63,372 bases of DNA, filler included, from Octopus bimaculoides (GCF_001194135.2; 3 parts of 3 records of this genome joined end to end with filler, not necessarily neighbours in it), one strand, 5' to 3'. Counted from the first letter of the whole stretch, positions 12,391 to 25,490 are shown. Program-made: numbers and translations. The notes: a model not told the origin generated them from the letters alone.

Positions 12391-13075
12391 AAGCAGTTAT
12401 TTATTTGTATTCTATTAACGAATAATCTGACTATCTACCAATATGTCTACTTGTATGTCTGTCTACCTGCATGTTTGTCTGTCTACCTCTCTCTATATAT
12501 ATATAAATATGAATATATAAACACAAATCAAAGTATCTTTCTTTAAACACACACACACGTATGTATATAAACATGTATGAATGTATATGTGTATGCATAC
12601 ACATACATTTATGTACATAAGCACATGCACACATGCATGCATACATACATAAAGACATACACACACACACGTGTGTGTGTGTGTATGAGTATCAGTGTGT
12701 GTGTGTGTGTATTAAAAGGTATTCATCTTCTCGAGGTTAATTATAGCTGAAAAACCGAATCAAGATGCGATATATTTCGATGTTAGTGGTGTGAGCGATA
12801 TGCTGACGAATTACCAAACAGGAATAAGTAGGGGAAGCCGTAGTGGAATTTAAAGTGTTCAGTTAATAGTTGGTAGACATTTATACGTGATCTTAGAAAG
12901 AGGAATTGGCCACAAAGTTAGTGTGATGTAATCAATAAACCGGTAATCCGTTAAACGATATAGGCGGAATGGGTCTCTTATCAATATTTTATTGGTTCTT
13001 TTTCGATATCAAATTGCTGATTTATATTGCATACGTTTTTGTACATACATGTACATACGCACGAATCTATCCAAG

Positions 13076-13111
<36 letters not shown>

Positions 13112-13150
13112 TACGCATGTATATATGTGTATATAAATATATGGATATAT

Positions 13151-13182
<32 letters not shown>

Positions 13183-13254
13183 CGCATGTATAAATGTGTA
13201 TATAAGTATATGGANNNNNNNNNNNNNATATATATATATATATATATATATACA

Positions 13255-13635
13255 CACTTTTACTCTTTTATTTCTTTCAGTCATTTCACTGCGGGCATGC
13301 TGGAGCACCCCCTTTAGTCGAACAAATAGTTCCCTGGACTCATTGTTTGTAAGCATAGTATTTATTCTATAGGGCTTTTTTGCCGAACCGCTAGGTTATA
13401 GGGATGTAAATACACCAACATCGGTTCTCAAGCGATGCTGAGGGACAAACACAGACAAAAACAATATATATGCAACGAGCTTCTTTCAGTTTCATCTACC
13501 AAATCCACTCACAAGGCTTTGGTCGGCCCGAGGCTATAGTAGAAGACACTTGCCCAAGGTGCCACGCTGTGGGACTGAACCCAGAACCATGTACTTGGTA
13601 AGCAAGCTACTTACCACACAGTCACTCCTACGCCT
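13255..13635 (-). mobile_element. Family-B SINE, full length
   Basis: tRNA-like head (aggcgtaggagtgactgtgtggtaag...gggttcagtccc), short internal TA-rich microsatellite, and 3' end ggtgctccagcatgcccgcag...tgactgaaagaaataaaagagta. Confidence 0.9.
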
Positions 13636-13969
13636 ATGAAGAAGAATATATAAGAAAGTTAGCAATGCGGTTTCATAGATCCGAAATATCTTCCACTAAG
13701 ATAACTAGCATCTTAGTGTAACAAAATTATCACACGACCAAATTCCCACACCCATATATACATATATACATAATTGCCACATCCATATATATATATAAAT
13801 TTATATATATGCGTGTGTATGTATGTATGTATGTATGTATGTATGTATGTATNNNNNNNNNNNNNNNNNNNNNNNNNNNNNNNNNNNNNNNNNNNNNNNN
13901 NNNNNNNNNNNNNNNNNNNNNNNNNNNNNNNNNNNNNNNNNNNNNNNNNNNNNNNNNNNNNNNNNNNNN

Positions 13970-14008
<39 letters not shown>

Positions 14009-14239
14009 TTTTACGAAATATAGTTTGATAGTGACTTCAAGCAATTGTATTTCTTGCCTTCGTAAATCTGTCTATCGCCAGTCTAACGAAGTTAAGTGCA
14101 TGAAGGTTGCATTCCAGAAGCCTTTAGACTTTTTCAGGAGAGACATTTACTAATTTCAAAGAAGTGCAAAACTCTGATCTCCTTCGGAATGGAATCGTGT
14201 GACTCCAATTCAATTGGAGTAGAGCCCTAGTGAAGATGA

Positions 14240-14430
14240 GTGGTTCAGAGTAGACGGTGTTCGACTCATGATCGGAAGGACGTAAGCTCGATTCCTGGTT
14301 GCACGTTGTGTCATTGTGCAGGACACTTATTTCATGTTACACTAGTTCACTCAGCTGGCAAAAGTGGGTTGTAACTAATTTTAAAGGGCTAGACATGCTG
14401 CATTCTGTATCGCGCTGAATCACTTTTGAG
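14240..14430 (+). mobile_element. CORE-like SINE with the start of a D-type tail, degraded
   Basis: gctcgattcctgg (B box), ggacacttatttcatgttacactagttcactcagctggcaaaag, then cgcgctgaatc. Confidence 0.6.
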
Positions 14431-15290
14431 ACCCACTATCATTGCTGTTTCATTGCAAGATTTCTTACAAATAGAGAAAGAGTCGGTTTCTAACCTAGAT
14501 CGAAGGCTCCTTCATTGGCATTTCAACATCAACAACAGAGTATTTTTGTTTGCATGTATGCATATATGTACGTATATGTGCAGATTTGTAGTATTTTTCT
14601 TTATGTATATATTCTTATGCATATAGTTGCATATCTAGACATGTATGTATTTATGTATGTATGCATGTATGCATGTATGTATGTATGTATGTATGTATAT
14701 ATGTACGTACGTACGCATGCATGTACGTATGTATGTATGTATACATGTACGTACGCATGCATGTATGTATGTATGTATTTACGTACGTATGTATGCTTGC
14801 ATGTATGTATATTGACAATGTCACGAGTTTCTATCCTCCTGCCTGAAAGAATACTCATTTTCAAGTTAGTAAAGCAGTTGTACGGTTGACCAGTTATGGA
14901 GTAAACAAACTGAGCTGAGCTGTTCTAATATGCGTATGGTGTCCCCTAGTTGTTATATTAATTAATTAGGAGCTATCTAAAGCAAAATCAAGCCATACAA
15001 CCTATCCACTGTAGTAATAACTTAAATCCTGTTTGTTACATATCGCAACTGAATTCTTTCTGCGATCGATTAGAGAAGGAAATCAGCGTCTCGCAAAGCG
15101 TTCTTTCTTCCATCTTTCATTTGATATATCTTGCGTTTGTGATAACATTATGGCGTCTGATTGGAATATGTTTTATGCACAACAATGTATTTGACCGTGA
15201 ATATCTCTACACAAAAGTGCTATATTTACTTTTGTTCGCTTCTAAGTTGCTTTAGGCTTTGGTTTTATTTTATTATGAAATTTCTGATGA

Positions 15291-15760
15291 ATATAGGCCT
15301 ACTCTTACCTATGGCCATGAATCTTGAGTGAAAACTGAAAGAATACGATGGCGATTACAAGCGGCAGAAACAGAGTTTCTTCGAAGAGTCTTCGGACCAA
15401 CGTTACTCGATCGAGTGCGTAGCTCGGAAGTTAGAGTGGCGCTCCAAGAAGAGTCACTTCTTCACTGAATTGAGAAATCACAGCTCCAAAATTACGGACA
15501 TACGGTAAGAATGTTCCAGAAAAGAGTCGCTGGACAGGTTATAGGAGCAAGACTAACAGGTAGGAGAATCGAGAAAGGTGGGGTAGACAGTTAACAAGAA
15601 GGTTAAATAACATCCATGAACTCACTTGTTCTCACTTGGGGAATGAGCCGGATCAATTGGAAATGGTTGCTTCTGACAGAACCCGATGGAAGGTGTGCTT
15701 CAGGACTCTATCCCTAGGACTCTCCCAGGAATAAATAGGAAAAGGAGATGAGATGAGATA
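15291..15760 (+). mobile_element. RTE-clade LINE 3' end (Rex3/Expander-like) with (GAGAT)n tail
   Basis: Peptide RPTLTYGHES*VKTERIRWRLQAAETEFLRRVFGPTLLDRVRSSEVRVALQEESLLH*IEKSQLQNYGHTVRM, followed by a short 3' UTR ending ggagatgagatgagat. Confidence 0.85.
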
Positions 15761-15857
15761 TAGGCTTTTAATGAGGCAGTCCCTTGTAATATTACTTTTT
15801 GCAAGCAATTTCATGTTTACCTCTATAAATATAGCAGAAAGTAATAAGCTCGAGAGC

Positions 15858-16440
15858 AGGCGTTGTTGTGTGGTAAGAAGTTTGCTTGCAGAAACGGCGA
15901 GCTGGCAGAAACGTTAGCACTCCAGGCGAAATGCTCAGCGGTATTTCGTCTGCCGTTACGTTCTGAGTTCAAATTCCGCCGAGATTGACTTTGCTTTTCA
16001 TCCTTTCAGGTTCGATTAAATAAGTACCAGTTACTTACTGGGGTCGATATAGTCGACTTAATCCGTTTGTCTGTCCTTGTTTGTCCCCTCTATGTTTAGA
16101 GCCCCTTGTGGGCAATAAAGAAATAAGAAGTTTGCTTCCCGAACACAAGGTTCCATTCCGGGTTAAGTATTACAGCGTGGCATCTTGGGAATGTGTCTTC
16201 TACTATGCTATGGAGTGACCAAAAACCTTGTGAGTGGATTTGGAGGACGAAATCTGAAAGAAGATCGTCGTATTTATATCTGCGTGTAAGTGTGTGTCTT
16301 TGTGTCTGTGCTTGTCCCCCACCACTGCTTGACAACCGGTCTTAGTGTGTTTACATCCCTATAACTGAGTGGTTCGGCAAAAGATAGATTAAGTTCTAGG
16401 CTTACAAAAATATAATTCTTCAAGGTGGTGTCCCAGCATA
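15858..16440 (+). mobile_element. Family-B SINE interrupted by a family-A SINE (15888-16123)
   Basis: B head aggcgttgttgtgtggtaagaagtttgctt, then a near-full A copy, then B resumes; 14-bp direct repeat taagaagtttgctt at 15874-15887 and 16124-16137. Confidence 0.88.
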
Positions 16441-16475
16441 GATACAGGATATATATGGATACATAGCATATATTA

Positions 16476-16810
16476 TGGATATGGCTCAGTGGTTAGAGCA
16501 TCGGGTTCACAATCATGAGTTAGTGAGTTTGTTTCCTGGACCGGGTTGTTGTGTCCTTGAGCAAGACACTTTATTTCTTTCACGTTGCTCCAGTTCATTC
16601 AGTCGTAGAAATGAGTTGTGGCGTCACTGGTGCCAAGCTGTGTTGACCTTTGCTTTTCCCTTCGATAACATCGGTGGCGTAGAGAGAAGTGGCTGGTATG
16701 CATGGACGACTGCTGGTCTTCCATAAACAACCTTGCCGGGACTTGTACCTGGGAGCGAAACTTTCTAGATGCAATCCCATGGTCATTCATGACCGAAGGG
16801 GGTCTTCACT
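16476..16810 (+). mobile_element. tRNA-derived SINE with CORE-like body and a distinct 3' tail
   Basis: A-box-like tggctcagtggttagagc, then gtgtccttgagcaagacactttattt...cacgttgctccagttcattcag, then a tail ending catgaccgaagggggtctt. Confidence 0.8.
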
Positions 16811-17142
16811 CCTTTTATCCCTTTTTAAACGCATAAAAGACATATAAAGAGTTTTAGAGTGCTAAATTCAGCCAACATAAATTTAATGGTTTGATAAAGT
16901 ACACTAACAAAAATAATGTTTTCAAGGTTCCTATTCTCAGGTAGGTGACCAAATCTCTACGAAAATGTATATCCATAGAACTATCTCCACCAATTCATAT
17001 TTAACTGTATTTCAGTCTTTTCGTTGTGACTGGTTAAAACTCTTCACTTTGTTAATGAATATGATATGAAACTTGCCGGGCATTTTTTCACTCAGGCCAA
17101 AATTGAATTAACTTTATATAAACAATAAATGTTACCATTAGC

Positions 17143-17412
17143 TGTGCGTGGCTTAATCAGAAGTATTCATTTCCCAATCGCAAGGTCGTGAGTTCCATTC
17201 CTGGTGGCGTACTGTGTCCTTGAACACTACATATTATTTCACATTATTTCCAGTCCACTCAGCTGGACAAAATGAACTGTTCCTGTAATCCAAAAGGCCA
17301 GTCTTGTCACATTCTGTACCATGCTGAATCTCCCTGAGAGCTACGCGTGTCTGTGGAATGCTCAGTCGCTTGCACGTTAATTTCACGAGCAGGTTGTTCC
17401 GTAGATCGAGTG
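17143..17412 (+). mobile_element. Chimeric SINE: CORE-like body joined to a family-D 3' tail
   Basis: gtgtccttgaaca...cagtccactcagctgg, followed by gtctgtggaatgctcagtcgcttgcacgttaatttcacgagcagg, which is shared with 32990-33371 and 49466-49847. Confidence 0.75.
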
Positions 17413-17779
17413 TATTTTGATTCAGTATGTTGTTCTTTTCCACTTAGTGACCTTTTGGGTGGGGCAGAAAAGGAATTTTTGTATTCAAGTGGTCAAAGTT
17501 TTTGATTGGAAAACAAGGTGTTATTTTTGATTTTCTCCAGTAAGTATTATAATTATATTTCAAGGTCTTGTTTTTTAATTCTTTTGTACTCATTAATGCA
17601 AGGTGAAAAGAACGGTTGTATTGATGTGATCAAATTTTGTTTTTGGTTATATATACATACTTACATATATACATGCATATATATATATATATACAATTAA
17701 ACCTTGGGAGAGGCATTATGCCGGTAATAAACACACGCACTGGTTCAGTCCTTTATTAATTTAATTTATATAGTTTTTT

Positions 17780-17820
17780 GTTAAATTATTTCATTGCACT
17801 CTTGCAATCTCTTCAGTAAC
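17780..17820 (-). ncRNA. Minimal type-I hammerhead-ribozyme-like motif
   Basis: Minus strand reads GTTA-CTGAAGA-G ATTGCA AGAG TGCAAT-GAAA TAAT-T-TAAC: perfect stem I GTTA/TAAC, intact CUGAnGA and GAAA boxes, 6-bp stem II (the partner C of G10.1 is missing) and a short AU stem III. Confidence 0.6.
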
Positions 17821-18077
17821 TTGTCTCTCCACTTCCATTTATTTTGAATATATGATCTGGCGTTGTTTTGGCGTTGTTTCGAAACTGTTTGGTATGAGCA
17901 TGTGAGTGTGTGCAAGTTCGTATGTGTGCACGCTCATATGTGTGCACGCACTTATGTGTTCGTGCTTATATGTAAGTATGTGCGTCCATATGTGTGTTTG
18001 TAACAATTTCGTTTATATCAGATCAGATAGAGACTTTTTAATTAATTTATTTACGTTCATATTCCGCATCATATGTG

Positions 18078-18177
18078 NNNNNNNNNNNNNNNNNNNNNNN
18101 NNNNNNNNNNNNNNNNNNNNNTTAATTAATTAANNNNNNNNNNNNNNNNNNNNNNNNNNNNNNNNNNNNNNNNNNNN
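18078..18177. other. Assembly gap spacer (44 N + TTAATTAATTAA + 44 N)
   Basis: An identical 100-bp construct occurs at 45006-45105; TTAATTAATTAA gives stop codons in all six frames. Confidence 0.9.
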
Positions 18178-18233
<56 letters not shown>

Positions 18234-18628
18234 GATCTCATATGGGCAGATATATGCGGCCCATACTTATAACTGCACCTATCCACATACATACTTATGT
18301 GTATGTACGTATTTGCCTGTGCCTGTTTTTTATATATGTGTATGTGACAATGTTAGTTCGTGATAGAGGCTATAAAATTTTTGCTGTAATTCATGCGGAA
18401 TATAATAGGATAATTTTTTTAGATGAAATGATAGAATATTCTCAAATATGAAGGTTTTAAGCACGCTATGTCTAATAGGGAAATGCTGACGTTTGACTTA
18501 ATAGCACATTACATATATGAAAATGAGTAGAACCTATGTATATATTCATATATGCACACATATATATGTATGTGTGTATATGTATGCATGCGTATATGCA
18601 TGTAGTATGCACATATACATAGTACATA

Positions 18629-18679
<51 letters not shown>

Positions 18680-19909
18680 NNNNNNNNNNNNNNNNNNNNN
18701 NNNNNNNNNNNNNNNNNNNNNNNNNNNNNNNNNNNNNNNNNNNNNNNNNNNNNNNNNNNNNNNNNNNNNNNNNNNNNNNNNNNNNNNNNNNNNNNNNNNN
18801 NNNNNNNNNNNNNNNNNNNNNNNNNNNNNNNNNNNNNNNNNNNNNNNNNNNNNNNNNNNNNNNNNNNNNNNNNNNNNNNNNNNNNNNNNNNNNNNNNNNN
18901 NNNNNNNNNNNNNNNNNNNNNNNNNNNNNNNNNNNNNNNNNNNNNNNNTACGTATGCATGCACGAGGTATGTATGTATATATATATTTATGTATGTGTGT
19001 GTACACATATATACATGTAAATAAACATAAATATATATATTTATATGAATTATATATCTACATACTTGTTTCTTCATTCTCAATGCATTCTGACCGATTC
19101 AAACATATCTGTTCGCTGTTGTTTTCCGTCGTCGGAGAACATCTGCACCTTTAAGACGATGTGTGTGCGTTCATGACACACGTCATTCGTCGACGTAAAG
19201 AGATTCTTAGACACCGCGGTGTTTCACCCCTATTGAGTGTCTCCTCTGTTAAATCTATATCGAAGGATCGATAAATCTACCAAGAATACGACCGTTTATT
19301 TTCAGAAATCGAAAAATTATTTGCTGATATCTGCCAAACAGAGAAATAATTCATGGGGTACACGTAGGAGAGCAAGCGATCATATATATTCACGTTGGAA
19401 TCTTCCAGAAAGTACTGAAAGTAAATTATTTTGTATATCCTAATATTACTTTACAAACTTCTTTGCTTTATCTTGATGGACTGATCATAAATGATAAATG
19501 GGTTCTGTAAGTCCCATTCTTTGAATTGAAAAGTTCTTCTTCACGTAAAAAAAGAAGCAGAATGGTAACTCCTGGCTATTAATAACGGTATTAACTGAAT
19601 ATTGGGAATATATACGTGAATACCAAATGCATGTCCTTTAACTCTGCTTTTCATGGAGCTATTACAATGTCGATATTGAAGAAAGATGGTCTTATCGTGA
19701 TGAAGGTCTCGCACAAAAAGAAAAAGCTACACGCCTCAAGTAAATGCTGTATTGGATAAACTAGAGGATCGATATATAGATAATTGATCGGTGTCGTTAA
19801 GTTAATTTTTGTGCCCGATCTTAAGCGGCATGTAGAGTCTTTCTGATTAAATGGAAAGTGACAAAAATACTTGGAAATCATCAAGAAATCACAGCACTTT
19901 CATTATTAC

Positions 19910-19961
<52 letters not shown>

Positions 19962-20035
19962 GTTGTTGTTGTTGTTATTATTATTTTAAAGATATTGCGT
20001 GTATAGTAGAAACGGTTGTTATTATTATTATTTCA

Positions 20036-20190
20036 AAGCCAGCTAGCTGGCAGAAGTTTTAGTACATCGGACAACATGCTTAGCGCCATTTCTTCCGGTC
20101 TTACCTTCGAATTCCGCCGAGGTCAATTTTGGCTTTCATCATTTCGAGGTCGATAAATTAAGTACCAGTTGCGTACTGGGGTCGATCTAA
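20036..20190 (+). mobile_element. Family-A SINE, 3'-truncated
   Basis: agctggcagaag...gaattccgccgaggtc...gtcgataaattaagtaccagttgcgtactggggtcgat. Confidence 0.8.
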
Positions 20191-20776
20191 GAGTATTTAC
20201 TCTTCGTTGATATTTTACTGCCCTTCATTTCACCCACTGAAATTGTTAAGAAAATAACAAAATTCAGTAAAGGCGTTGTTGAAGAACCGAACCAATAGTC
20301 ACAAAGGCATTCACCTTCGTGGACATATATCATTACAATTTGCCTCTTATTCTTTGTAATGGAAAATCAATAAGTTTGCTATGATTGATTTGTTCCTTAT
20401 CACTATGAAATTCGAATGTATGATTTCAAAAATTAAACAATATATATTTATCGAACTACAATAAACCGGGACAATAAATATTAATGAAAGCACAAACAAT
20501 TTTTCCACTTCCTTCGTGTCGATTCTTACCGTTGGTCAATTATGTCCTTTTTATCCCACTTTGCAGCTATTATAAAATAAATAGCTGATGACCATTCATT
20601 TTAATCTTCTTCAGAAATATTATTTAATTTTATCCTGCCACAGATTTAAATTAATTTATTACCAACTAATTTAATTTATGTTGGTATCAATTTGATGTTG
20701 AAAACAACTAGAAAATATCGCTTGTCAATAATGCTTAATTAGCTTGAGTCATCATCATCATCATCATCATCATTGC

Positions 20777-20809
<33 letters not shown>

Positions 20810-20854
20810 GATTATTATTATTATTATTATTATTATTAATAATAATAATAATAA

Positions 20855-21035
20855 AGCGGCGAGCTGTATTTCGTCTGCCGCTACGTTCTAAGTTCAAATT
20901 CCACCGAGGTGGACTTTTGCAATTCAGCCTGTCAGGGTCGATAAGATAAGTACCAGTTGTGTACTGGGCAAGTCTAATCGTCTATACCCCGCCCCCAACA
21001 TTCAGGCCTTGTGCCTTTAGTATATACGGGAAGAT
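20855..21035 (+). mobile_element. Family-A SINE with an internal deletion in the head
   Basis: gcggcgagctg is joined directly to tatttcgtctgccg; tail ttcaggccttgtgcctttag. Confidence 0.8.
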
Positions 21036-21798
21036 TTGGGGAGTTATTGTGCTTGTATTCCCCACCCCTTATAACTTGAGAATCGATGCTACTTTGCTTA
21101 CGTTCCTGCAACTTAGCGGTTTGTCCAAAAAGATCGTTTAAATAAGGACCCGTTTCTATGAAAATAAAACGAAGCACTGGGGTAGGGAAATTACATCACT
21201 AAAACCTTTTTAATGCGTGTACCCCAGCATGGACGCTGCCTGTTCATTGATAAAGGAATAATAAATTATAAACTAAACAAAAAATAGAGAAAAATCTATA
21301 AAAATCGAATCCCAATCAAAGCAAAATAAATCTTGACAGTACAAATAAGATAGAAAATGGAGGAAAAAACGAAAGCAAAAACCGTAAAACAGACATAAGA
21401 AAAAAATAGTGTGTAATCTTATTCATCATTATAATCGCTATTATTTTAGTATTTGTCACAAATGATTTCGACTGCACGAAATAATTGTTGTGTGATTTGT
21501 GTATTCTTTGTTCTTTGTTTTCGTTGCTATTGTTTTTTGTTGTTGTTTGCTGTTTTTTTTTGTTGACTATCTTTATCTGGGTGGTGGTTTCGTAGCTTAT
21601 CTAACGAACGGACAAGAAAGATAGAGGAACAATGTATAAAATATATAATGCTTAAACAAGTAGAAAACAAAACGATTGGTGTATATGTGTGCACATGCAT
21701 ATACAAATATACACACGTCTATATACATACATACATATATTTTTATATTAATATATATATAGTTACATATATAGATATATATTTATATGTGCATGTAT

Positions 21799-21835
<37 letters not shown>

Positions 21836-22989
21836 NNNNNNNNNNNNNNNNNNNNNNNNNNNNNNNNNNNNNNNNNNNNNNNNNNNNNNNNNNNNNNNNN
21901 NNNNNNNNNNNNNNNNNNNNNNNNNNNNNNNNNNNNNNNNNNNNNNNNNNNNNNNNNNNNNNNNNNNNNNNNNNNNNNNNNNNNNNNNNNNNNNNNNNNN
22001 NNNNNNNNNNNNNNNNNNNNNNNNNNNNNNNNNNNNNNNNNNNNNNNNNNNNNNNNNNNNNNNNNNNNNNNNNNNNNNNNNNNNNNNNNNNNNNNNNNNN
22101 NNNNNNNNNNNNNNNNNNNNNNNNNNNNNNNNNNNNNNNNNNNNNNNNNNNNNNNNNNNNNNNNNNNNNNNNNNNNNNNNNNNNNNNNNNNNNNNNNNNN
22201 NNNNNNNNNNNNNNNNNNNNNNNNNNNNNNNNNNNNNNNNNNNNNNNNNNNNNNNNNNNNNNNNNNNNNNNNNNNNNNNNNNNNNNNNNNNNNNNNNNNN
22301 NNNNNNNNNNNNNNNNNNNNNNNNNNNNNCCCGCCAACATCAAAGTTGAAATCCTCCCATTAACACGTTACATTCAAAGCCACTCATTAACCTCACATTA
22401 ATAGGAACTATATGATCTCCCCTTCCGAGCCGGAACAGCGCCACTCCCACCCCCCCTCTCTCTCACCCCCACTCACACACATATGTATCTGTGTACGTTT
22501 ATACATATAAATCTATATGACTATACACATATATAGACACACACATATGTATATATAGACACACACACACACACTCACACACACATATATATATACATAT
22601 ATACATGTGTAGATGTGTACATATTTATGCGCGCACACCCTTCCGTTCACACACGTATGTATCTACTCTTTCCTCTCTTTTCTTTTTTGTTCCGATGTTC
22701 CGTATGAGTTAGTGGAAATTTAATCTGTTCCTTGTGGGATTCCACTCCATCACATCTAACAACTCTGTTCGTTGTTTTATGTTAAATTTATCACCGATTC
22801 TTCGTTGTCATTGTCAAAGAATAGTTCTTCAGCTGATTGACCATTGTGTTGTCATTGTTTTATCTTGAAGTTTCTGTCGTCATTGATATTGTTGTTATTT
22901 TTGTTGTTTTTGTTAGTGTTGTTCTTGTTACTGATGTCGTCATTCCCTATGTAGGTATCAGAGATGGTGTAGGTTCTGAATGTGGGGGG

Positions 22990-23980
22990 TCGTGCTGACG
23001 CTCAATACGGTTATGATGGTAGCGGTGTTGATGACGGCGGTGGTGGTAGTGGTGGCGATGATGATGGTGATGGCGGATTAAGGTGATGACGATTATGTTG
23101 TTGTTAATGACAACGATGATGGTGGTGGTAGTGGTTGTTGTGATGATGATGTATAGACATTGAGTGGCGTCGGTGGTGCGGCTGGATGTTGTTGGCTGTT
23201 TCTACTATGTGAGTATAAACATATATATATATGTATGTATATGTATATATATATACACACACACACACGCACACGCACACACACACACACACACACATAC
23301 ATNNNNNNNNNNNNNNNNNNNNNNNNNNNNNNNNNNNNNNNNNNNNNNNNNNNNNNNNNNNNNNNNNNNNNNNNNNNNNNNNNNNNNNNNNNNNNNNNNN
23401 NNNNNNNNNNNNNNNNNNNNNNNNNNNNNNNNNNNNNNNNNNNNNNNNNNNNNNNNNNNNNNNNNNNNNNNNNNNNNNNNNNNNNNNNNNNNNNNNNNNN
23501 NNNNNNNNNNNNNNNNNNNNNNNNNNNNNNNNNNNNNNNNNNNNNNNNNNNNNNNNNNNNNNNNNNNNNNNNNNNNNNNNNNNNNNNNNNNNNNNNNNNN
23601 NNNNNNNNNNNNNNNNNNNNNNNNNNNNNNNNNNNNNNNNNNNNNNNNNNNNNNNNNNNNNNNNNNNNNNNNNNNNNNNNNNNNNNNNNNNNNNNNNNNN
23701 NNNNNNNNNNNNNNNNNNNNNNNNNNNNNNNNNNNNNNNNNNNNNNNNNNNNNNNNNNNNNNNNNNNNNNNNNNNNNNNNNNNNNNNNNNNNNNNNNNNN
23801 NNNNNNNNNNNNNNNNNNNNNNNNNNNNNNNNNNNNNNNNNNNNNNNNNNNNNNNNNNNNNNNNNNNNNNNNNNNNNNNNNNNNNNNNNNNNNNNNNNNN
23901 NNNNNNNNNNNNNNNNNNNNNNNNNNNNNNNNNNNNNNNNNNNNNNNNNNNNNNNNNTCATCATGATAATGATGATGGTG

Positions 23981-24012
<32 letters not shown>

Positions 24013-24181
24013 GATGATGATGATGATGACGACGACGACGATGATGATGATGATGATGTCGTCCATTGCGACATCCTCATAATGTCCTCATTATGTTACT
24101 CCTCCCCCAGTCATTATTCTATTCCTACTCCTCACCACGACCATGACTAACATCATCATCATCATCATCATCATCATCATG

Positions 24182-24219
<38 letters not shown>

Positions 24220-24638
24220 TACCAGCATCGTCGTCGTCATCGTCGTCACCACAGCCGCCACCACCACCACCACCACCACATCATCGTCTTCTTCCTCCTA
24301 ATGACTACCACCCTTGACGTCATAATGGTTGCCACCCCTCACCTTTGTCATTCTTCTCGTGGCCGCCCCTCCAATATTCCTTCCCTCATTCCGCCCGTCC
24401 TCATCACTCATCTCTTCTCTTGAACTTCGTCGTTGTCATTGGATAGCGTTGCCTTTGAAAAATATATCATACCACCATCATCGTCATCATCATAAACATC
24501 ATCAACCACTTCACCATCATCATCGTCATCATCATCATCATCATTTCCATCATCAACCACATCACCATCATCATCAACATCATCATCATCTACATCATCA
24601 TCATCCACACCACCACAAACCACCACCACCACCACCAC
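22990..24638. repeat. Compound GAT/GGT/ATC/ACC trinucleotide low-complexity region with N gaps
   Basis: Mixed (ATG)n, (GTG)n, (CAT)n and (CAC)n tracts. Confidence 0.85.
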
Positions 24639-25490
24639 NNNNNNNNNNNNNNNNNNNNNNNNNNNNNNNNNNNNNNNNNNNNNNNNNNNNNNNNNNNNNN
24701 NNNNNNNNNNNNNNNNNNNNNNNNNNNNNNNNNNNNNNNNNNNNNNNNNNNNNNNNNNNNNNNNNNNNNNNNNNNNNNNNNNNNNNNNNNNNNNNNNNNN
24801 NNNNNNNNNNNNNNNNNNNNNNNNNNNNNNNNNNNNNNNNNNNNNNNNNNNNNNNNNNNNNNNNNNNNNNNNNNNNNNNNNNNNNNNNNNNNNNNNNNNN
24901 NNNNNNNNNNNNNNNNNNNNNNNNNNNNNNNNNNNNNNNNNNNNNNNNNNNNNNNNNNNNNNNNNNNNNNNNNNNNNNNNNNNNNNNNNNNNNNNNNNNN
25001 NNNNNNNNNNNNNNNNNNNNNNNNNNNNNNNNNNNNNNNNNNNNNNNNNNNNNNNNNNNNNNNNNNNNNNNNNNNNNNNNNNNNNNNNNNNNNNNNNNNN
25101 NNNNNNNNNNNNNNNNNNNNNNNNNNNNNNNNNNNNNNNNNNNNNNNNNNNNNNNNNNNNNNNNNNNNNNNNNNNNNNNNNNNNNNNNNNNNNNNNNNNN
25201 NNNNNNNNNNNNNNNNNNNNNNNNNNNNNNNNNNNNNNNNNNNNNNNNNNNNNNNNNNNNNNNNNNNNNNNNNNNNNNNNNNNNNNNNNNNNNNNNNNNN
25301 NNNNNNNNNNNNNNNNNNNNNNNNNNNNNNNNNNNNNNNNNNNNNNNNNNNNNNNNNNNNNNNNNNNNNNNNNNNNNNNNNNNNNNNNNNNNNNNNNNNN
25401 NNNNNNNNNNNNNNNNNNNNNNNNNNNNNNNNNNNNNNNNNNNNNNNNNNNNNNNNNNNNNNNNNNNNNNNNNNNNNNNNNNNNNNNNNN

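Noticed and set aside
18122-18133. TTAATTAATTAA isolated between N runs (also 45050-45061)
   Set aside because: The identical 44N+12+44N construct occurs twice and gives six-frame stops; it is a scaffolding spacer, not biology.
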